DNA of 64,000 nucleotides from a bacterium (GTDB taxonomy: Bacteria; UBA8248), in contig OY843592.1 of NCBI GenBank assembly GCA_963692865.2, forward strand, positions 2,560,001 to 2,624,000, in the 5' to 3' direction. How positions within the stretch are numbered: the first letter of the stretch is position 1; every line of letters begins with the position of its first letter. The translations under genes were made by a program, and so were the position numbers. The notes under the pieces are model-generated. The model saw only the letters and a list, made by a program, of their open reading frames with translations. It did no database searches and was not told the origin of the DNA. This document shows positions 40,390 to 51,824 of the stretch, one piece after another.

Positions 40390-41622
40390 TCATGGACGCT
40401 GCAAGTAGGATTCCTTGCCGTCCTTCCTCTTTTTTTGCAAAAACGGCAAGGAAGGCTCCATATTCACCGCCACCCTGTCTTCAAGTTCGAGGCCGTAGCC
40501 TTCGAGCGCTACAATCCGGCGCTCGTCATTCGTCATGATCCGGATCCGGCGCAAGCCCAGGTCCACGAGAATCTGGGCGCCTATGCCGTAATCGCGCAAC
40601 CCTTCGAACGGCGCGCTCTTGACCCCGATTTTCTGCTCCATCGCGCGCGCGCCGACCGCCATCTTTTCTTTTCGGGTGAATTCTTCTCCCATCGAATCGG
40701 GTTGCAAGAAAACCAACACTCCCTTGCCCGCTTCGTGAATTTTAGCCAGCGCGTTTCTGATCCTGTCCGGACAATCAGAGCGCAAAAGCGCCAACAGATC
40801 CCAGATGGCATTCACCGGCTGCACCCGGATGTGGGTGGGTTCATCCGGGTCCAATTCGCCCATCACCAGAGCGGCGTGAATCCTTCCGCTGCTTTGATTG
40901 TGGTACGCATACACCTTGAAAGTGCCGAACGCCGTCGGCAACTCGGCCTCCTCGACACGCTCCACGAGACGATCGTGCCGCATTCGATAAGCGATGAGAT
41001 CCTTGATGGTCACAAGAGACAGGTTGTTTTTTTTCGCTATTTTTCGCAGGTTCGGAAGACGCGCCATCGAGCCGTCTTCATTCAAGACCTCGCAAAGTAC
41101 GCCCGCCGGCTGAAGACCGGCCAGGCGGGACAAATCCACCGTGCCCTCCGTGTGCCCCGCTCGCCTGAGCACGCCCCCCGGCTGCGCCCGCAACGGGAAA
41201 ATGTGGCCCGGCGTCACCAGGTCCGACGGCCTGGCATCCTCTTGTATCGCGGTTTGGATGGTGTGAGCCCTGTCGAAGGCGCTGATGCCCGTCGTGACGC
41301 CTTCGCGCGCTTCTATGGAAACAGTGAAAGCCGTGCCGAAAGCGGAGCCGTTCTCGCCGCTGGGCACCATCATGGGAAGCCCCAGAGATTCCACTTTCTC
41401 GGGCGTGAGCGCGAGACAAACCAAACCGCGCGCGTGTTTCGTCATGAAGTTGATCGATTCGGGCGTTACTCTCTCGGCCGCCAGAATGAAATCGCCCTCG
41501 TTCTCGCGGTCCTCGTCATCCACGAGAATGACGATGCGACCCTCTCGAATATCGCCAATCGCCTCTTCAATCGTAGAAAAAGGAGTCTCGTCGTAATCCT
41601 TTTTCTCCCTCGGCTCAGGCAT
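40390..41622 (-). CDS. ribB: DHBP synthase fused to a degenerate GTP cyclohydrolase II domain (RibBX-like)
   Basis: [22 protein letters not shown] are intact. The C-terminal domain lacks two of the three Zn cysteines and the QEGRG motif. Confidence 0.92.
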   Translation of the reverse strand: MPEPREKKDYDETPFSTIEEAIGDIREGRIVILVDDEDRENEGDFILAAERVTPESINFMTKHARGLVCLALTPEKVESLGLPMMVPSGENGSAFGTAFTVSIEAREGVTTGISAFDRAHTIQTAIQEDARPSDLVTPGHIFPLRAQPGGVLRRAGHTEGTVDLSRLAGLQPAGVLCEVLNEDGSMARLPNLRKIAKKNNLSLVTIKDLIAYRMRHDRLVERVEEAELPTAFGTFKVYAYHNQSSGRIHAALVMGELDPDEPTHIRVQPVNAIWDLLALLRSDCPDRIRNALAKIHEAGKGVLVFLQPDSMGEEFTRKEKMAVGARAMEQKIGVKSAPFEGLRDYGIGAQILVDLGLRRIRIMTNDERRIVALEGYGLELEDRVAVNMEPSLPFLQKKRKDGKESYLQRP

Positions 41623-42265
41623 AGCCTTGCTCCCTCAGTTTTTCCATCGTGATGCCGTCCTTAGACCTCGATTCCGCGTGGGGAGCGAGCAGCTTTTCCA
41701 CGTATTTCCCAATCAAATCCGCCTCCAGGTTCACGGCGCCGCCGTCCTGCTTCTCCGTAAGAGTCGTCTGCTCACTCGTATGCGGAATAATCGACACCGA
41801 AAAAGTTTCGTCATCACACGCCGCCACCGTCAAGCTGATCCCATCGACCGCGATAGAACCTTTATAAACGACATAGCGCATCACCTCCACCGGGGCTTCG
41901 AACGTGAGCCAAATCGAATCGCCCTCGTTTTTTCTGCTCCTGATCCTGCCCACGCCGTCGACGTGGCCGCTCACGAGGTGCCCGCCCAGACGTTCTCCCA
42001 GCGCCATGGCGCGCTCCAGGTTGCATCGGTCGCCGACGGCCAGTTCTCCCAAATTCGTACGCCTGAGCGTTTCGACGGACAAATCGGCCTCGAATTTTCT
42101 CTCGTCGAAATCCACCACCGTGATGCAAGCGCCGTTCAAGGCGATGGAATCGCCGATCTTCACGCCGTCCAGAACGCCCGGCGCCTCAATGGCGATTCGC
42201 GCGCCCCTGGCGTCTTTTTTCACTGAGCGAATCGCGCCGATGGTCTCGATGATTCCACTAAACAC
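41615..42265 (-). CDS. ribE: Riboflavin synthase
   Basis: MFSGII, NLERA, GGHLVSGHVDG, KGSIAVDGISLT. Confidence 0.97.
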   Translation of the reverse strand: MFSGIIETIGAIRSVKKDARGARIAIEAPGVLDGVKIGDSIALNGACITVVDFDERKFEADLSVETLRRTNLGELAVGDRCNLERAMALGERLGGHLVSGHVDGVGRIRSRKNEGDSIWLTFEAPVEVMRYVVYKGSIAVDGISLTVAACDDETFSVSIIPHTSEQTTLTEKQDGGAVNLEADLIGKYVEKLLAPHAESRSKDGITMEKLREQGYA

Positions 42266-43415
42266 CCGCCCAATCCTCTATGTCTTCCCAAATTGGTTTT
42301 TTGAAATATCCTTGAATCAACAAATCATCGCCAATAACTTCATGTGTTACATTAAATAACCCGGGCAGAGATTGCAATTCCTCCGCATCAAGGCCCGATA
42401 TCGCGCCCGGCGCCTCATGATCCCCCACAATCAAGGGGGCCAAGAAGTAAAGGAGACGATCCGCCAAACCCTCCCGGATGAAGGAGCCGTGAACCCGCCC
42501 GCCGCCTTCCACGAGGATATGACGAACGCCGCGGCTTCCCAACACCCCCAACAGCGGAGCGAAAGAAACGCGGCCCTGTTGATCCGCTTCCACACGGATG
42601 ACTTCCGCGCCCGCTTCGCGCAACGCCTCTTCCCTGACGGGGGGCGCCGCGTTCGTAGTCGCAACGAGGGTGGAACTCCCCTGCAGAGGAGCGAGAATAC
42701 GGGCGCGAGAGGGCATCCTGAGCCTGGAATCCAGAACAACCCTCGCCAATGGCTTTCCCGCAACTCCATCAGGCCTCGCCGTAAGCAGTGGGTCGTCCTC
42801 GAGCACTGTCTCCACGCCCACCAGGATGGCGTCGACTGTGTTTCTGAAATGATGGCCCGCGTTTCGCGCCGCCTCGCCCGTTATCCATCTGCTCCGCCCG
42901 CTTCGGGTGGCGATTTTTCCGTCCAGACTCGCGGCGGCCTTCAAGGTAAGAAAAGGCCGGCCAAACCGCCACCAGTGGAAATAGGCCTCATTCTGGCGCA
43001 CCGCCTCCTCAGCCATGATGCCCGTTTCCACCCCGACGCCATGCGCGCGCAGGTGTGCAAATCCCTTGCCGGACACTTGCGGATTCGGATCCGAAACGGC
43101 TGCGATAACGTGAGAAACGCCCGCGGCCACCACAAAGGGCGCGCAGGGGGGGGTTCTGCCCTGGTGAGAACACGGCTCCAGGGTGAGGATCAAAACGCCT
43201 CCTCGCGCCCGATCACCCGCTTCCTGCAGCGCGAGGACTTCCGCATGCGGCTCCCCTGCCTTTCGGTGCCAGCCTCGGCCGACTATCTCACCATGGGCGT
43301 CGAGAACGACCGCGCCGACGAGCGGGTTGGGGCTCGTCCTCCCCTCCGCGCGCGCCGCGAGAGAGAGGGCTTCGGCCATCAACTCGTTTTTCCGCTCGGC
43401 GGAGAGGCGAAACAT
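42258..43415 (-). CDS. ribD: Diaminohydroxyphosphoribosylaminopyrimidine deaminase/reductase
   Basis: PNPLVGA, HAE, LEPCSH..TPPC, SLDG, VEGG. Confidence 0.96.
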   Translation of the reverse strand: MFRLSAERKNELMAEALSLAARAEGRTSPNPLVGAVVLDAHGEIVGRGWHRKAGEPHAEVLALQEAGDRARGGVLILTLEPCSHQGRTPPCAPFVVAAGVSHVIAAVSDPNPQVSGKGFAHLRAHGVGVETGIMAEEAVRQNEAYFHWWRFGRPFLTLKAAASLDGKIATRSGRSRWITGEAARNAGHHFRNTVDAILVGVETVLEDDPLLTARPDGVAGKPLARVVLDSRLRMPSRARILAPLQGSSTLVATTNAAPPVREEALREAGAEVIRVEADQQGRVSFAPLLGVLGSRGVRHILVEGGGRVHGSFIREGLADRLLYFLAPLIVGDHEAPGAISGLDAEELQSLPGLFNVTHEVIGDDLLIQGYFKKPIWEDIEDWAGV

Positions 43416-43431
43416 CAAAGAGAAATCCCGC

Positions 43432-46080
43432 TCAATGGATTTCGACCGTCTGGTATGAGCCGTGCGTGATGGCCGCCTGGGCGGCGGCGAGCCTCGCAAT
43501 CGGCGCCCGATACGGCGCGCAGGAGACGTAATCCATTTTCACCATGTGGCAAAATTCAACCGAGGTGGGTTCTCCGCCGTGTTCTCCGCAGATGCCCACC
43601 TCGAGGTTCTCCCGCCTGGCCCGGCCGCGCTCGATGCCGATTCTCACCATCTCGCCCACGCCCTCGCGATCGACGGCCACGAAAGGATCTCGGGGAATCA
43701 AATCCTTCTCGATGTATTTGGGCAGGAACCAGCCCGCGTCGTCGCGGCTCAAGCCATAGGTCAACTGCGTGAGGTCGTTCGTGCCGAAACTGAAGAATTC
43801 CGCGCTGTCGGCAATCTCTCCCGCCAGGAGGCAAGCCCTGGGGATTTCGATCATCGTGCCGGTGAGATATCGCGGCGTTACGCCTTTTTCTTCGATCACC
43901 TTCTGAGCGACCTCGTGCACGATGTCGCGGTTGAACTCCCATTCCCCGATGCCCGAGGTGAGCGGAATCATGATCTCGGGCAGCACGTCCACGCCTCGCG
44001 ATTTCATCTCGCATGCCGCCTCGATGATGGCGCGCACCTGCATTTCGGCGATTTCAGGATAGGTGACCACCAGACGACAGCCGCGGTGGCCAAGCATCGG
44101 GTTTTGCTCTTCGGTCGCTTCGGTGGCGTGGCGCACCGCGTCGAGGCCCACGCCCAGCAGCCTGGCCACGTGCTCCATGTCTTCTTCCGTTTTGGGCAAG
44201 AACTCGTGAAGCGGCGGATCCAGCAGCCGGATCGTCACGGGCCTTGCCTTCATCACTTCGAAGATGCCGATGAAATCCTCGCGCTGCATGGGCAGGAGAT
44301 GATCGAGCGCATCCCGCCTCCCTTCCTCCGTGGCCGCCAGAATCATCGCGCGCACGTAGTCGATGCGCTCGCCCTCGAAGAACATGTGCTCCGTGCGGCA
44401 CAGGCCGATTCCCTCGCAGCCGAATTTGACGGCCGCCTCGCTGTCCGTCACCGTGTCGGCGTTGGCGCGAACGCCCAGGGTCCTGATCTCGTCCGCCCAT
44501 TCCATCAGGGTGGCGAAATCTCCCGAAAGCTCGGGCTGTTTGAGTTTCGCCTCGCCCAGTATCACCTCACCCGTGGCGCCGTTCAGGGAAATAAAATCCC
44601 CCTCCAATACCGTCTCGCCGTTTACGTGGATCACCTTCTCATCCGCCTTGACGTTCAGGGCGCTGCAGCCCGTAACGCAGCATTTGCCCATTTGCCGGGC
44701 GACGACGGCCGCGTGCGAGGTGAGCCCGCCGCGCGCCGTGAGGATGCCCTGAGAAACGTTCATCCCGTTGATGTCCTCGGGGCTCGTCTCCTGACGCACG
44801 AGAATCACGGGTTCTCCCGCTTCGGCCCGCTCCACCGCATCCGCCGCGGTGAAGACCACCCGGCCCACGGCGGCGCCCGGCGACGCGGCCAGACCCGTGG
44901 CGGCTACCTTCAAATCCCCCTCCGCGTCGATCATCGGATGGAGCAACTGATCCAGGCTGTCGGGCTCCACCTTTTGGAGGGCCGCCCGCCTGTCTATCAC
45001 GCCTTCCCGCACCAACTGGATGGCGATTCGCACGGCCGCCGCCGCCGTTCGCTTGCCGTTTCTCGTCTGAAGCATGAACAGGCGTCCGTTCTGGATCGTG
45101 AACTCCATGTCCTGCATGTCTTTGTAATGGGCTTCGAGCTTTTCGGTAATGCTTTCAAACTCGGCGTAACACTCGGGCATCTTTTCTTTGAGGACATCGA
45201 TGGGCTCGGGCGTCCTGATGCCCGCCACCACGTCCTCGCCCTGGGCGTTGAAGAGAATCTCGCCATAGAGGGCGTCCTCGCCGGTCGCCGGGTTTCGCGA
45301 GAAGGCGACCCCGGTGCCGCAATCCTCGCCCATGTTGCCGTAGACCATGCACTGCACGTTCACGGCGGTGCCCCAGTCGTGGGGAATATGGTACAGCCTG
45401 CGGTAGGTGAAGGCGCGGTCGTTGTTCCAGGATTTGAACACCGCCTCTATGGCCAGACGGAGTTGCTCGTAAGGGTCCTGGGGGAAACCCGAACCCGTTT
45501 TTTCTTTGACGAGGGCGGCGTATTCGTTCGCCAGTTCGACCAGGTCGTCCGCCGTCAGGTCCAGGTCGGACGCTGCGCCCTTGCGCTGTTTCATCGCCTC
45601 GATCTTCGATTCGAAATCGTGGTGATCCATCTCTAGAACCACGTTGCCGAACATGTTGATGAACCTGCGATAGCTGTCGTACGCGAAGCGGCGGCTGCCC
45701 GATTTTTTCTCGAGGGCGGCGACCGTCTCGTCGTTCATCCCCAGATTCAGGACGGTATCCATCATGCCCGGCATCGAGTCGCGCGCGCCCGAGCGCACGC
45801 TCACCAGAAGCGGATTTTCATCACCGCCGAACTGCGCCCCCATCGCGTCTTCCAGACGCGCCATCTGCTCCTTCACGCCCTCCCAGAGGCCGTCGGGAAA
45901 TGTCTTTTGCCTCAAATAATCGACGCAAACCTGCGTGGTGATGGTAAAACCCGGCGGCACGGGTATGTCCAGGCTCGCCATCTCCGCCAGATTCGCTCCT
46001 TTGCCGCCCAGCAAGTTGCGCATTCCGGCGTCGCCGTCGGTTCGCCCCGCGCCAAAGGAATAAATCATCTTCTCCGCCAT
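43432..46080 (-). CDS. ppdK: Pyruvate, phosphate dikinase
   Basis: GGKGANL, SVRSGA, GGLTSHAAVVAR, GLCRTEHMF, SFGTNDL, CGEHGG. Confidence 0.98.
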   Translation of the reverse strand: MAEKMIYSFGAGRTDGDAGMRNLLGGKGANLAEMASLDIPVPPGFTITTQVCVDYLRQKTFPDGLWEGVKEQMARLEDAMGAQFGGDENPLLVSVRSGARDSMPGMMDTVLNLGMNDETVAALEKKSGSRRFAYDSYRRFINMFGNVVLEMDHHDFESKIEAMKQRKGAASDLDLTADDLVELANEYAALVKEKTGSGFPQDPYEQLRLAIEAVFKSWNNDRAFTYRRLYHIPHDWGTAVNVQCMVYGNMGEDCGTGVAFSRNPATGEDALYGEILFNAQGEDVVAGIRTPEPIDVLKEKMPECYAEFESITEKLEAHYKDMQDMEFTIQNGRLFMLQTRNGKRTAAAAVRIAIQLVREGVIDRRAALQKVEPDSLDQLLHPMIDAEGDLKVAATGLAASPGAAVGRVVFTAADAVERAEAGEPVILVRQETSPEDINGMNVSQGILTARGGLTSHAAVVARQMGKCCVTGCSALNVKADEKVIHVNGETVLEGDFISLNGATGEVILGEAKLKQPELSGDFATLMEWADEIRTLGVRANADTVTDSEAAVKFGCEGIGLCRTEHMFFEGERIDYVRAMILAATEEGRRDALDHLLPMQREDFIGIFEVMKARPVTIRLLDPPLHEFLPKTEEDMEHVARLLGVGLDAVRHATEATEEQNPMLGHRGCRLVVTYPEIAEMQVRAIIEAACEMKSRGVDVLPEIMIPLTSGIGEWEFNRDIVHEVAQKVIEEKGVTPRYLTGTMIEIPRACLLAGEIADSAEFFSFGTNDLTQLTYGLSRDDAGWFLPKYIEKDLIPRDPFVAVDREGVGEMVRIGIERGRARRENLEVGICGEHGGEPTSVEFCHMVKMDYVSCAPYRAPIARLAAAQAAITHGSYQTVEIH

Positions 46081-46140
46081 CACCTGCATCCTCCCGCGCC
46101 TTTCGCGCGTCTGAAAAAAGTCATGGGTGACCGGAAACAG

Positions 46141-48342
46141 CTACGATTGTTTCGTCGCCCTGGATTGAATTATCGTAAAATCCGCGTTCGCCGAAAACAG
46201 CGCGCCCACGCCGGCCATCAGCGCAAGGCGATTCTTCCGCAAGGCGGCGTCCTCGGTCATCACCATCACCTCATCGAAAAAATCATCCACCACGGGGCGA
46301 ATTTCCGCGATGGAGGTATTCGCTGAAACATAGGCCTCCTCCAGGGAGGCGGCGTCTCCCGCGGATACGTTCGCCAACGCGTCTTTCACCGACTTTGAAA
46401 CAGCACCCAAGGATTTGCTCAGCCTTTTCTCGGCGTCATCTACAAGAATATCCTCATCCAGGCTGTCCGCCGTATCATGTTCACCGCCCTGATTCGCCTG
46501 CCGGATGATGTTGCTCACCCGCTTGAAGGTCGTCGTGAGCGGCTCGAAGGTTTCTTCGCTCGAAGCCAACCGCTCCAGCGCGCGGAGCCGCGCCCTCGCG
46601 TCTATCACGTCGCGCCAGCCCGTGTCGCCTCCCGCCGCCAGCACCGCCTCCACCAGGTCGCCTCGCGCGCCGCCGCGCGAAAGACAGGCGGACACCCGGT
46701 TGCGCAGAAAACCCAAAACTCTTTCAACCGCCTCGCCCCGGTCTTTGAACTTATCCTCAAGGGGTTCGCTTGCGACTTCCACCCATTCAGGGAGGGAGAT
46801 TCTGAAACCCTTGTCTTCCAGGATGAGCAGAATCGCATTGGCCGCGCGTCTGAGCGCATAAGGGTCCTCCGAGCCGCTGGGCAGGTAGCCAAGCCCCACC
46901 ATGCCGACGATGGTGTCCATGCGGTCGGCAAGCCCGACGACGGCCCCCGCTAGGCCTACGGGTAAATCGTCTCCCTCGCCCCTGGGGAGATAATGCTCGT
47001 ATATGGCGCGGGATACCGCCTCGTCCCTGCCCTCGCGTTCTGCGTAGCGCCGCCCCATGACGCCCTGTAGCTCCGGAAACTCATAGACCATGCCGCTGGT
47101 CAAATCCGCTTTACACAGAGACGCCGCTTCGTCCACGGAGCTCGCCAACGCGGCATCTCCCGGCGCAATCTTTTCGCACAGCCAAGCGCCCAGGCGCCTG
47201 AAACGCTCCACCTTGTCCCAACTCGTGCCCAGCCTCGGGTGATAGACCACGCCCTTCAACGCCTCCGCCATGTCGGCGAGGGGCTTTTGGAGGTCTTGCC
47301 GCCAATAAAAATCCGCGTCCTCCAATCTCGCGCGCACGACACGCTCGTAGCCCTTGCGCACCACGCCCATATCCTTCGCCCGCGTGTTGCTCACGCCGAT
47401 GAAGGAGGGAACGAGCCGCTCTCCACCCTTCTCCTTGAGGGCAAAACACCTTTGGTGTATTTCCAGGGTGGAGATGATGACCTCGCCCGGCAGGTCCAGA
47501 AACTTCTCATCGAACCCGCACGCCACCGGAAACGGCCACTCCACCAGGTGCGCCACCTTTTCCACCAGGCGCTCCACGGCCTCTTCGTCCGCCGCGGGTT
47601 CGCCTCCTTGCGATTCAGCCGCTTCGAGAATGCTCGCTCGAACCATGGGGATGCGCCCGCCACCGCTCCCGTCATCGACGATGGGCTCTACATTATTCTC
47701 ATGTAAGGCATGAATATATTCCTGGAAATTACTGATATTTAGGTTATTGCTTCCATGAAACCTGTGGCCATTCGTGATCGATCCAAAGCGCGGAAGAGAT
47801 GCGCCCTCACTCAATGCGGGACCGTCGACGCGCTCCTGCCCATAAAGCGCCAAAACCCATTGCACGGGCCGGACGAAGGAAAACTTGCCTGCCCCCCAGC
47901 GCATGGATTTAGGGGACGGCAACTCCTGGACGAGTTTCGTCAGCAAAGGCCCCAAAACGGCTTTGGCCTCATCCCCCAAGTCTTCTCTGAAATACATCAG
48001 GCGCGCGCCCTTGGGCGTATCCACCTGTTTGAGTTCGGACACCTCTGCGCCATTCGTCCTCGCGAAGCCGAGGGCCGCTTTCGTCGGATTCCCGTCTTCA
48101 TCGAATGCGTTCTTGACGGGAGGACCCAGGATTTCTTCTTGAAGCGGCTGCTGGCGCTCCGCCAAATCGGCCACGTGCAGGACGAGCCGTCTGGGCGTTC
48201 CGAACGTCTCCAGATCCTCGCAGGCGAGGCGCGCCTCTTCAAACGCCGCCTCGGCTCGAACCTTCAGCGCAGCGAGCATCCCCGGCATATAGATGGAGGG
48301 AATCTCCTCGGTCCCGATTTCAAAGAGCAGTTCTTTGCCCAA
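46141..48342 (-). CDS. glyS: Glycine--tRNA ligase beta subunit
   Basis: EIGTEEIP, TPRRL, LVEWP, EFPELQG, DPYALRR. Confidence 0.96.
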   Translation of the reverse strand: MGKELLFEIGTEEIPSIYMPGMLAALKVRAEAAFEEARLACEDLETFGTPRRLVLHVADLAERQQPLQEEILGPPVKNAFDEDGNPTKAALGFARTNGAEVSELKQVDTPKGARLMYFREDLGDEAKAVLGPLLTKLVQELPSPKSMRWGAGKFSFVRPVQWVLALYGQERVDGPALSEGASLPRFGSITNGHRFHGSNNLNISNFQEYIHALHENNVEPIVDDGSGGGRIPMVRASILEAAESQGGEPAADEEAVERLVEKVAHLVEWPFPVACGFDEKFLDLPGEVIISTLEIHQRCFALKEKGGERLVPSFIGVSNTRAKDMGVVRKGYERVVRARLEDADFYWRQDLQKPLADMAEALKGVVYHPRLGTSWDKVERFRRLGAWLCEKIAPGDAALASSVDEAASLCKADLTSGMVYEFPELQGVMGRRYAEREGRDEAVSRAIYEHYLPRGEGDDLPVGLAGAVVGLADRMDTIVGMVGLGYLPSGSEDPYALRRAANAILLILEDKGFRISLPEWVEVASEPLEDKFKDRGEAVERVLGFLRNRVSACLSRGGARGDLVEAVLAAGGDTGWRDVIDARARLRALERLASSEETFEPLTTTFKRVSNIIRQANQGGEHDTADSLDEDILVDDAEKRLSKSLGAVSKSVKDALANVSAGDAASLEEAYVSANTSIAEIRPVVDDFFDEVMVMTEDAALRKNRLALMAGVGALFSANADFTIIQSRATKQS

Positions 48343-48351
48343 AACGACCCC

Positions 48352-49325
<974 letters not shown>

Positions 49326-49329
<4 letters not shown>

Positions 49330-50534
49330 CCGAGAAACTCCTTATGTAGTACGCGCACCGCATTCTCGGAATCCGCCTGGCAAACCACGACGGATATGGA
49401 AATCTCGGAAGTCGAAATCATCATGATGTTGATGCGGCTTCTCGCCAAGGCGGAGAAAACGCGCGCCGCCACGCCGGCCTGGCTCTTCATGCCCACGCCC
49501 ACGACGGAAACTTTTGCAATGTCGTCGTCGCGGGAGATTGCGGCGCCGCCGAAGGATTCATTGGATTTGCGCATGATTTCTTCGGCTTGCCCGGCCATGT
49601 CGCTGTTCACCGTGATGGAGATGTCGGTCAGAGCGTTTTCGCTCACGTTCTGGACGATCATATCCACCATGATGGATTTTTCGGCCAACTGGCCGAACAA
49701 AGCGGCGGCGATTCCGGGCCTGTCGGGCACGGCGCCAATCGTGAGTTTCGACTGCTTCGAATCGCAACTCACGCCGCGAACGGCGGGGGACTCGATTCCC
49801 GTCGACTCTGGAATGATCAATGTTCCCTCTCCTTCATCAAACGCGGAGCGGACGACGAGCGGAAGGGCATACTTCGCCGCCAGATCCACAGAGCGCGCCT
49901 GCAATACTTTCGCGCCCAGGGACGCGAGTTCCATCATCTCCTCGAACGATATCTGCTCCATGCGCTTCGCGTCGGGGACAAGGCGCGGGTCGGCAGTGTA
50001 CACCCCGTCCACATCGGTATAAATCTCACAGCGGTCCGCTTCAAGCGCGGCGGCCAAGGCCACGGCGGTAAGGTCGGAGCCTCCGCGCCCGAGCGTCGTC
50101 TCCTCATCGAACTCGTCGACTCCCTGAAAACCCGCCGCGACGACCACCTTTCCCTCGTCGAGTTCCTTGAGAATCCTCGCCGGGCGGATGGAGCGTACGC
50201 GCGCGCGCGTATGGGCTCCCTCCGTCAGAATGCCCGCCTGCCCGCCCGTCAAGGATATGGCGGGGATTCCGGCCGCATCAAGGGCGATGGCCAGAAGCGA
50301 ACTCGCAATGCGCTCCCCGGAAGTGAGCAGCAAATCTATCTCCCGCCCCACCGGCTGGGGCGAAAGCTCGTGCGCGAGGCGAATCAGTTTGTCGGTTTCG
50401 CCCGCCATCGCGCTCACCACGACGATGATGCGGTCCCAAGAACTTCTCGCCGACGACACCCGCTTGACCACGGCGCGGATCTTGTCCAGATTCGCAACCG
50501 ACGTGCCGCCGAATTTCTTTACGACCAGACTCAT
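49326..50534 (-). CDS. lysC: Aspartate kinase
   Basis: [21 protein letters not shown], two ACT domains. Confidence 0.97.
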
Positions 50535-50543
50535 TTTATCCCA

Positions 50544-51824
50544 TTATCCGCCGAGCAATCGTTTTTTCACCGCATCGAGCGTATAGACGCGCCCTGCATG
50601 CCCCAGTTCTTCGGAAAAACCGACGCCTGAATTTTTTCGCGTCCCATCGCCTCCGCGAAACATATTCAAAAGGGCGGCCAATCCGCCCGAACGCTTCGGC
50701 GGAGTGAAATTCTCCCCATCGAAATCCGTCATGGCGAACGGGACGGCATCGGCGATCCATTCCTGGGATTCCACGCTGAAGCCACAATCCACCGCCACGA
50801 GGATGCGGCAGGGGCCGCTCAACTCTTCCAACAGGGGCGACATGAACCCGGCGTCGAACCTTTCGATGGACTCGATTTTATCCTCAGGCTCGCGCCACGG
50901 GGATGTGTCGGCCGCATCCTCGATCACAAAAACGAAATCATGTCTCGAAAGCGCCTCGCTCACCGCGGCGGATGCCTTCTCCCCCGGCTCATATACATCC
51001 GCACCCCCCAGTTTGGCAAAGCCCTTTGCGAGTTGCGAGTCGGTGATCAACGCCGATCTCCTGCCTCCCGTTTTTTCCGACATCCGCTCGACCTCTTCGG
51101 CGAGACCCCCGCCCCAAAGCCAGGCGGAGTTCGCCGCGAACATGCGGGTTTGCGCCTTTTCCCTCAAACCCGCGTGGGTGGAGAGCACCATCTGGGAATC
51201 ATTGACGAAATGAACGAAACGACGCGCCTCCTCCGCTACCGGCATATGCTCCCCGATGGGTTTTCCGGTGATCGCATACGGGGGCGAGAAACCGCGAAAG
51301 GATTCTTGCGAAAGCGGCGCGCCCTCGCGCTGATAAAAGAGAAGCGCCTCGCAGCCGCCCAGGGATTCGAAGCGGAAAGATTCGCCCTCATCGGGCGGCA
51401 TATGCCTTTCCAGATAGGCGATGAGTTCACGGTTCTCCTCGTCCGTGACGCCGAAGCCGGTCGGGTCCAGCATGACGACGCTCGTGGCGCCGGGCTTCAG
51501 GCAGACGAAGTTCAGCCGGAAAACCGCCTCCCCCGCCCTGGGGAGAAGGTCGGCGGCAGCGGACAGCATAAGGCCGGAAGACAGGGCGTCTGAGAAGCCG
51601 AAAAATTTCTTGAGAAACCCATCCAGGGAGGGATGCTCCTCACCGGATGCGAGAGACCATACGCCCGAAAATCCCGAACCCGCCAGGCGGTCCAGCGCGG
51701 GCGTACGCGCCCTTTGCAAAGGCGTTTCACCTCCAAAATCCGCCACCGGCCTGTCTGCGAGGCCGCGCGCGAGAACCATCAGGATTTTCCGCATCGGGAA
51801 TTGATCTCTTGTCAGCGTGATCAC
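50544..51824 (-). CDS. ApgM-like (cofactor-independent phosphoglycerate mutase family) protein with degenerate metal ligands
   Basis: GLAD.P...TPL..A.TP.LD.LA..G, FRLN, ANSAWLWGGG, KIESIERFD; lies between hom and lysC. Confidence 0.8.
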   Translation of the reverse strand: MITLTRDQFPMRKILMVLARGLADRPVADFGGETPLQRARTPALDRLAGSGFSGVWSLASGEEHPSLDGFLKKFFGFSDALSSGLMLSAAADLLPRAGEAVFRLNFVCLKPGATSVVMLDPTGFGVTDEENRELIAYLERHMPPDEGESFRFESLGGCEALLFYQREGAPLSQESFRGFSPPYAITGKPIGEHMPVAEEARRFVHFVNDSQMVLSTHAGLREKAQTRMFAANSAWLWGGGLAEEVERMSEKTGGRRSALITDSQLAKGFAKLGGADVYEPGEKASAAVSEALSRHDFVFVIEDAADTSPWREPEDKIESIERFDAGFMSPLLEELSGPCRILVAVDCGFSVESQEWIADAVPFAMTDFDGENFTPPKRSGGLAALLNMFRGGDGTRKNSGVGFSEELGHAGRVYTLDAVKKRLLGG

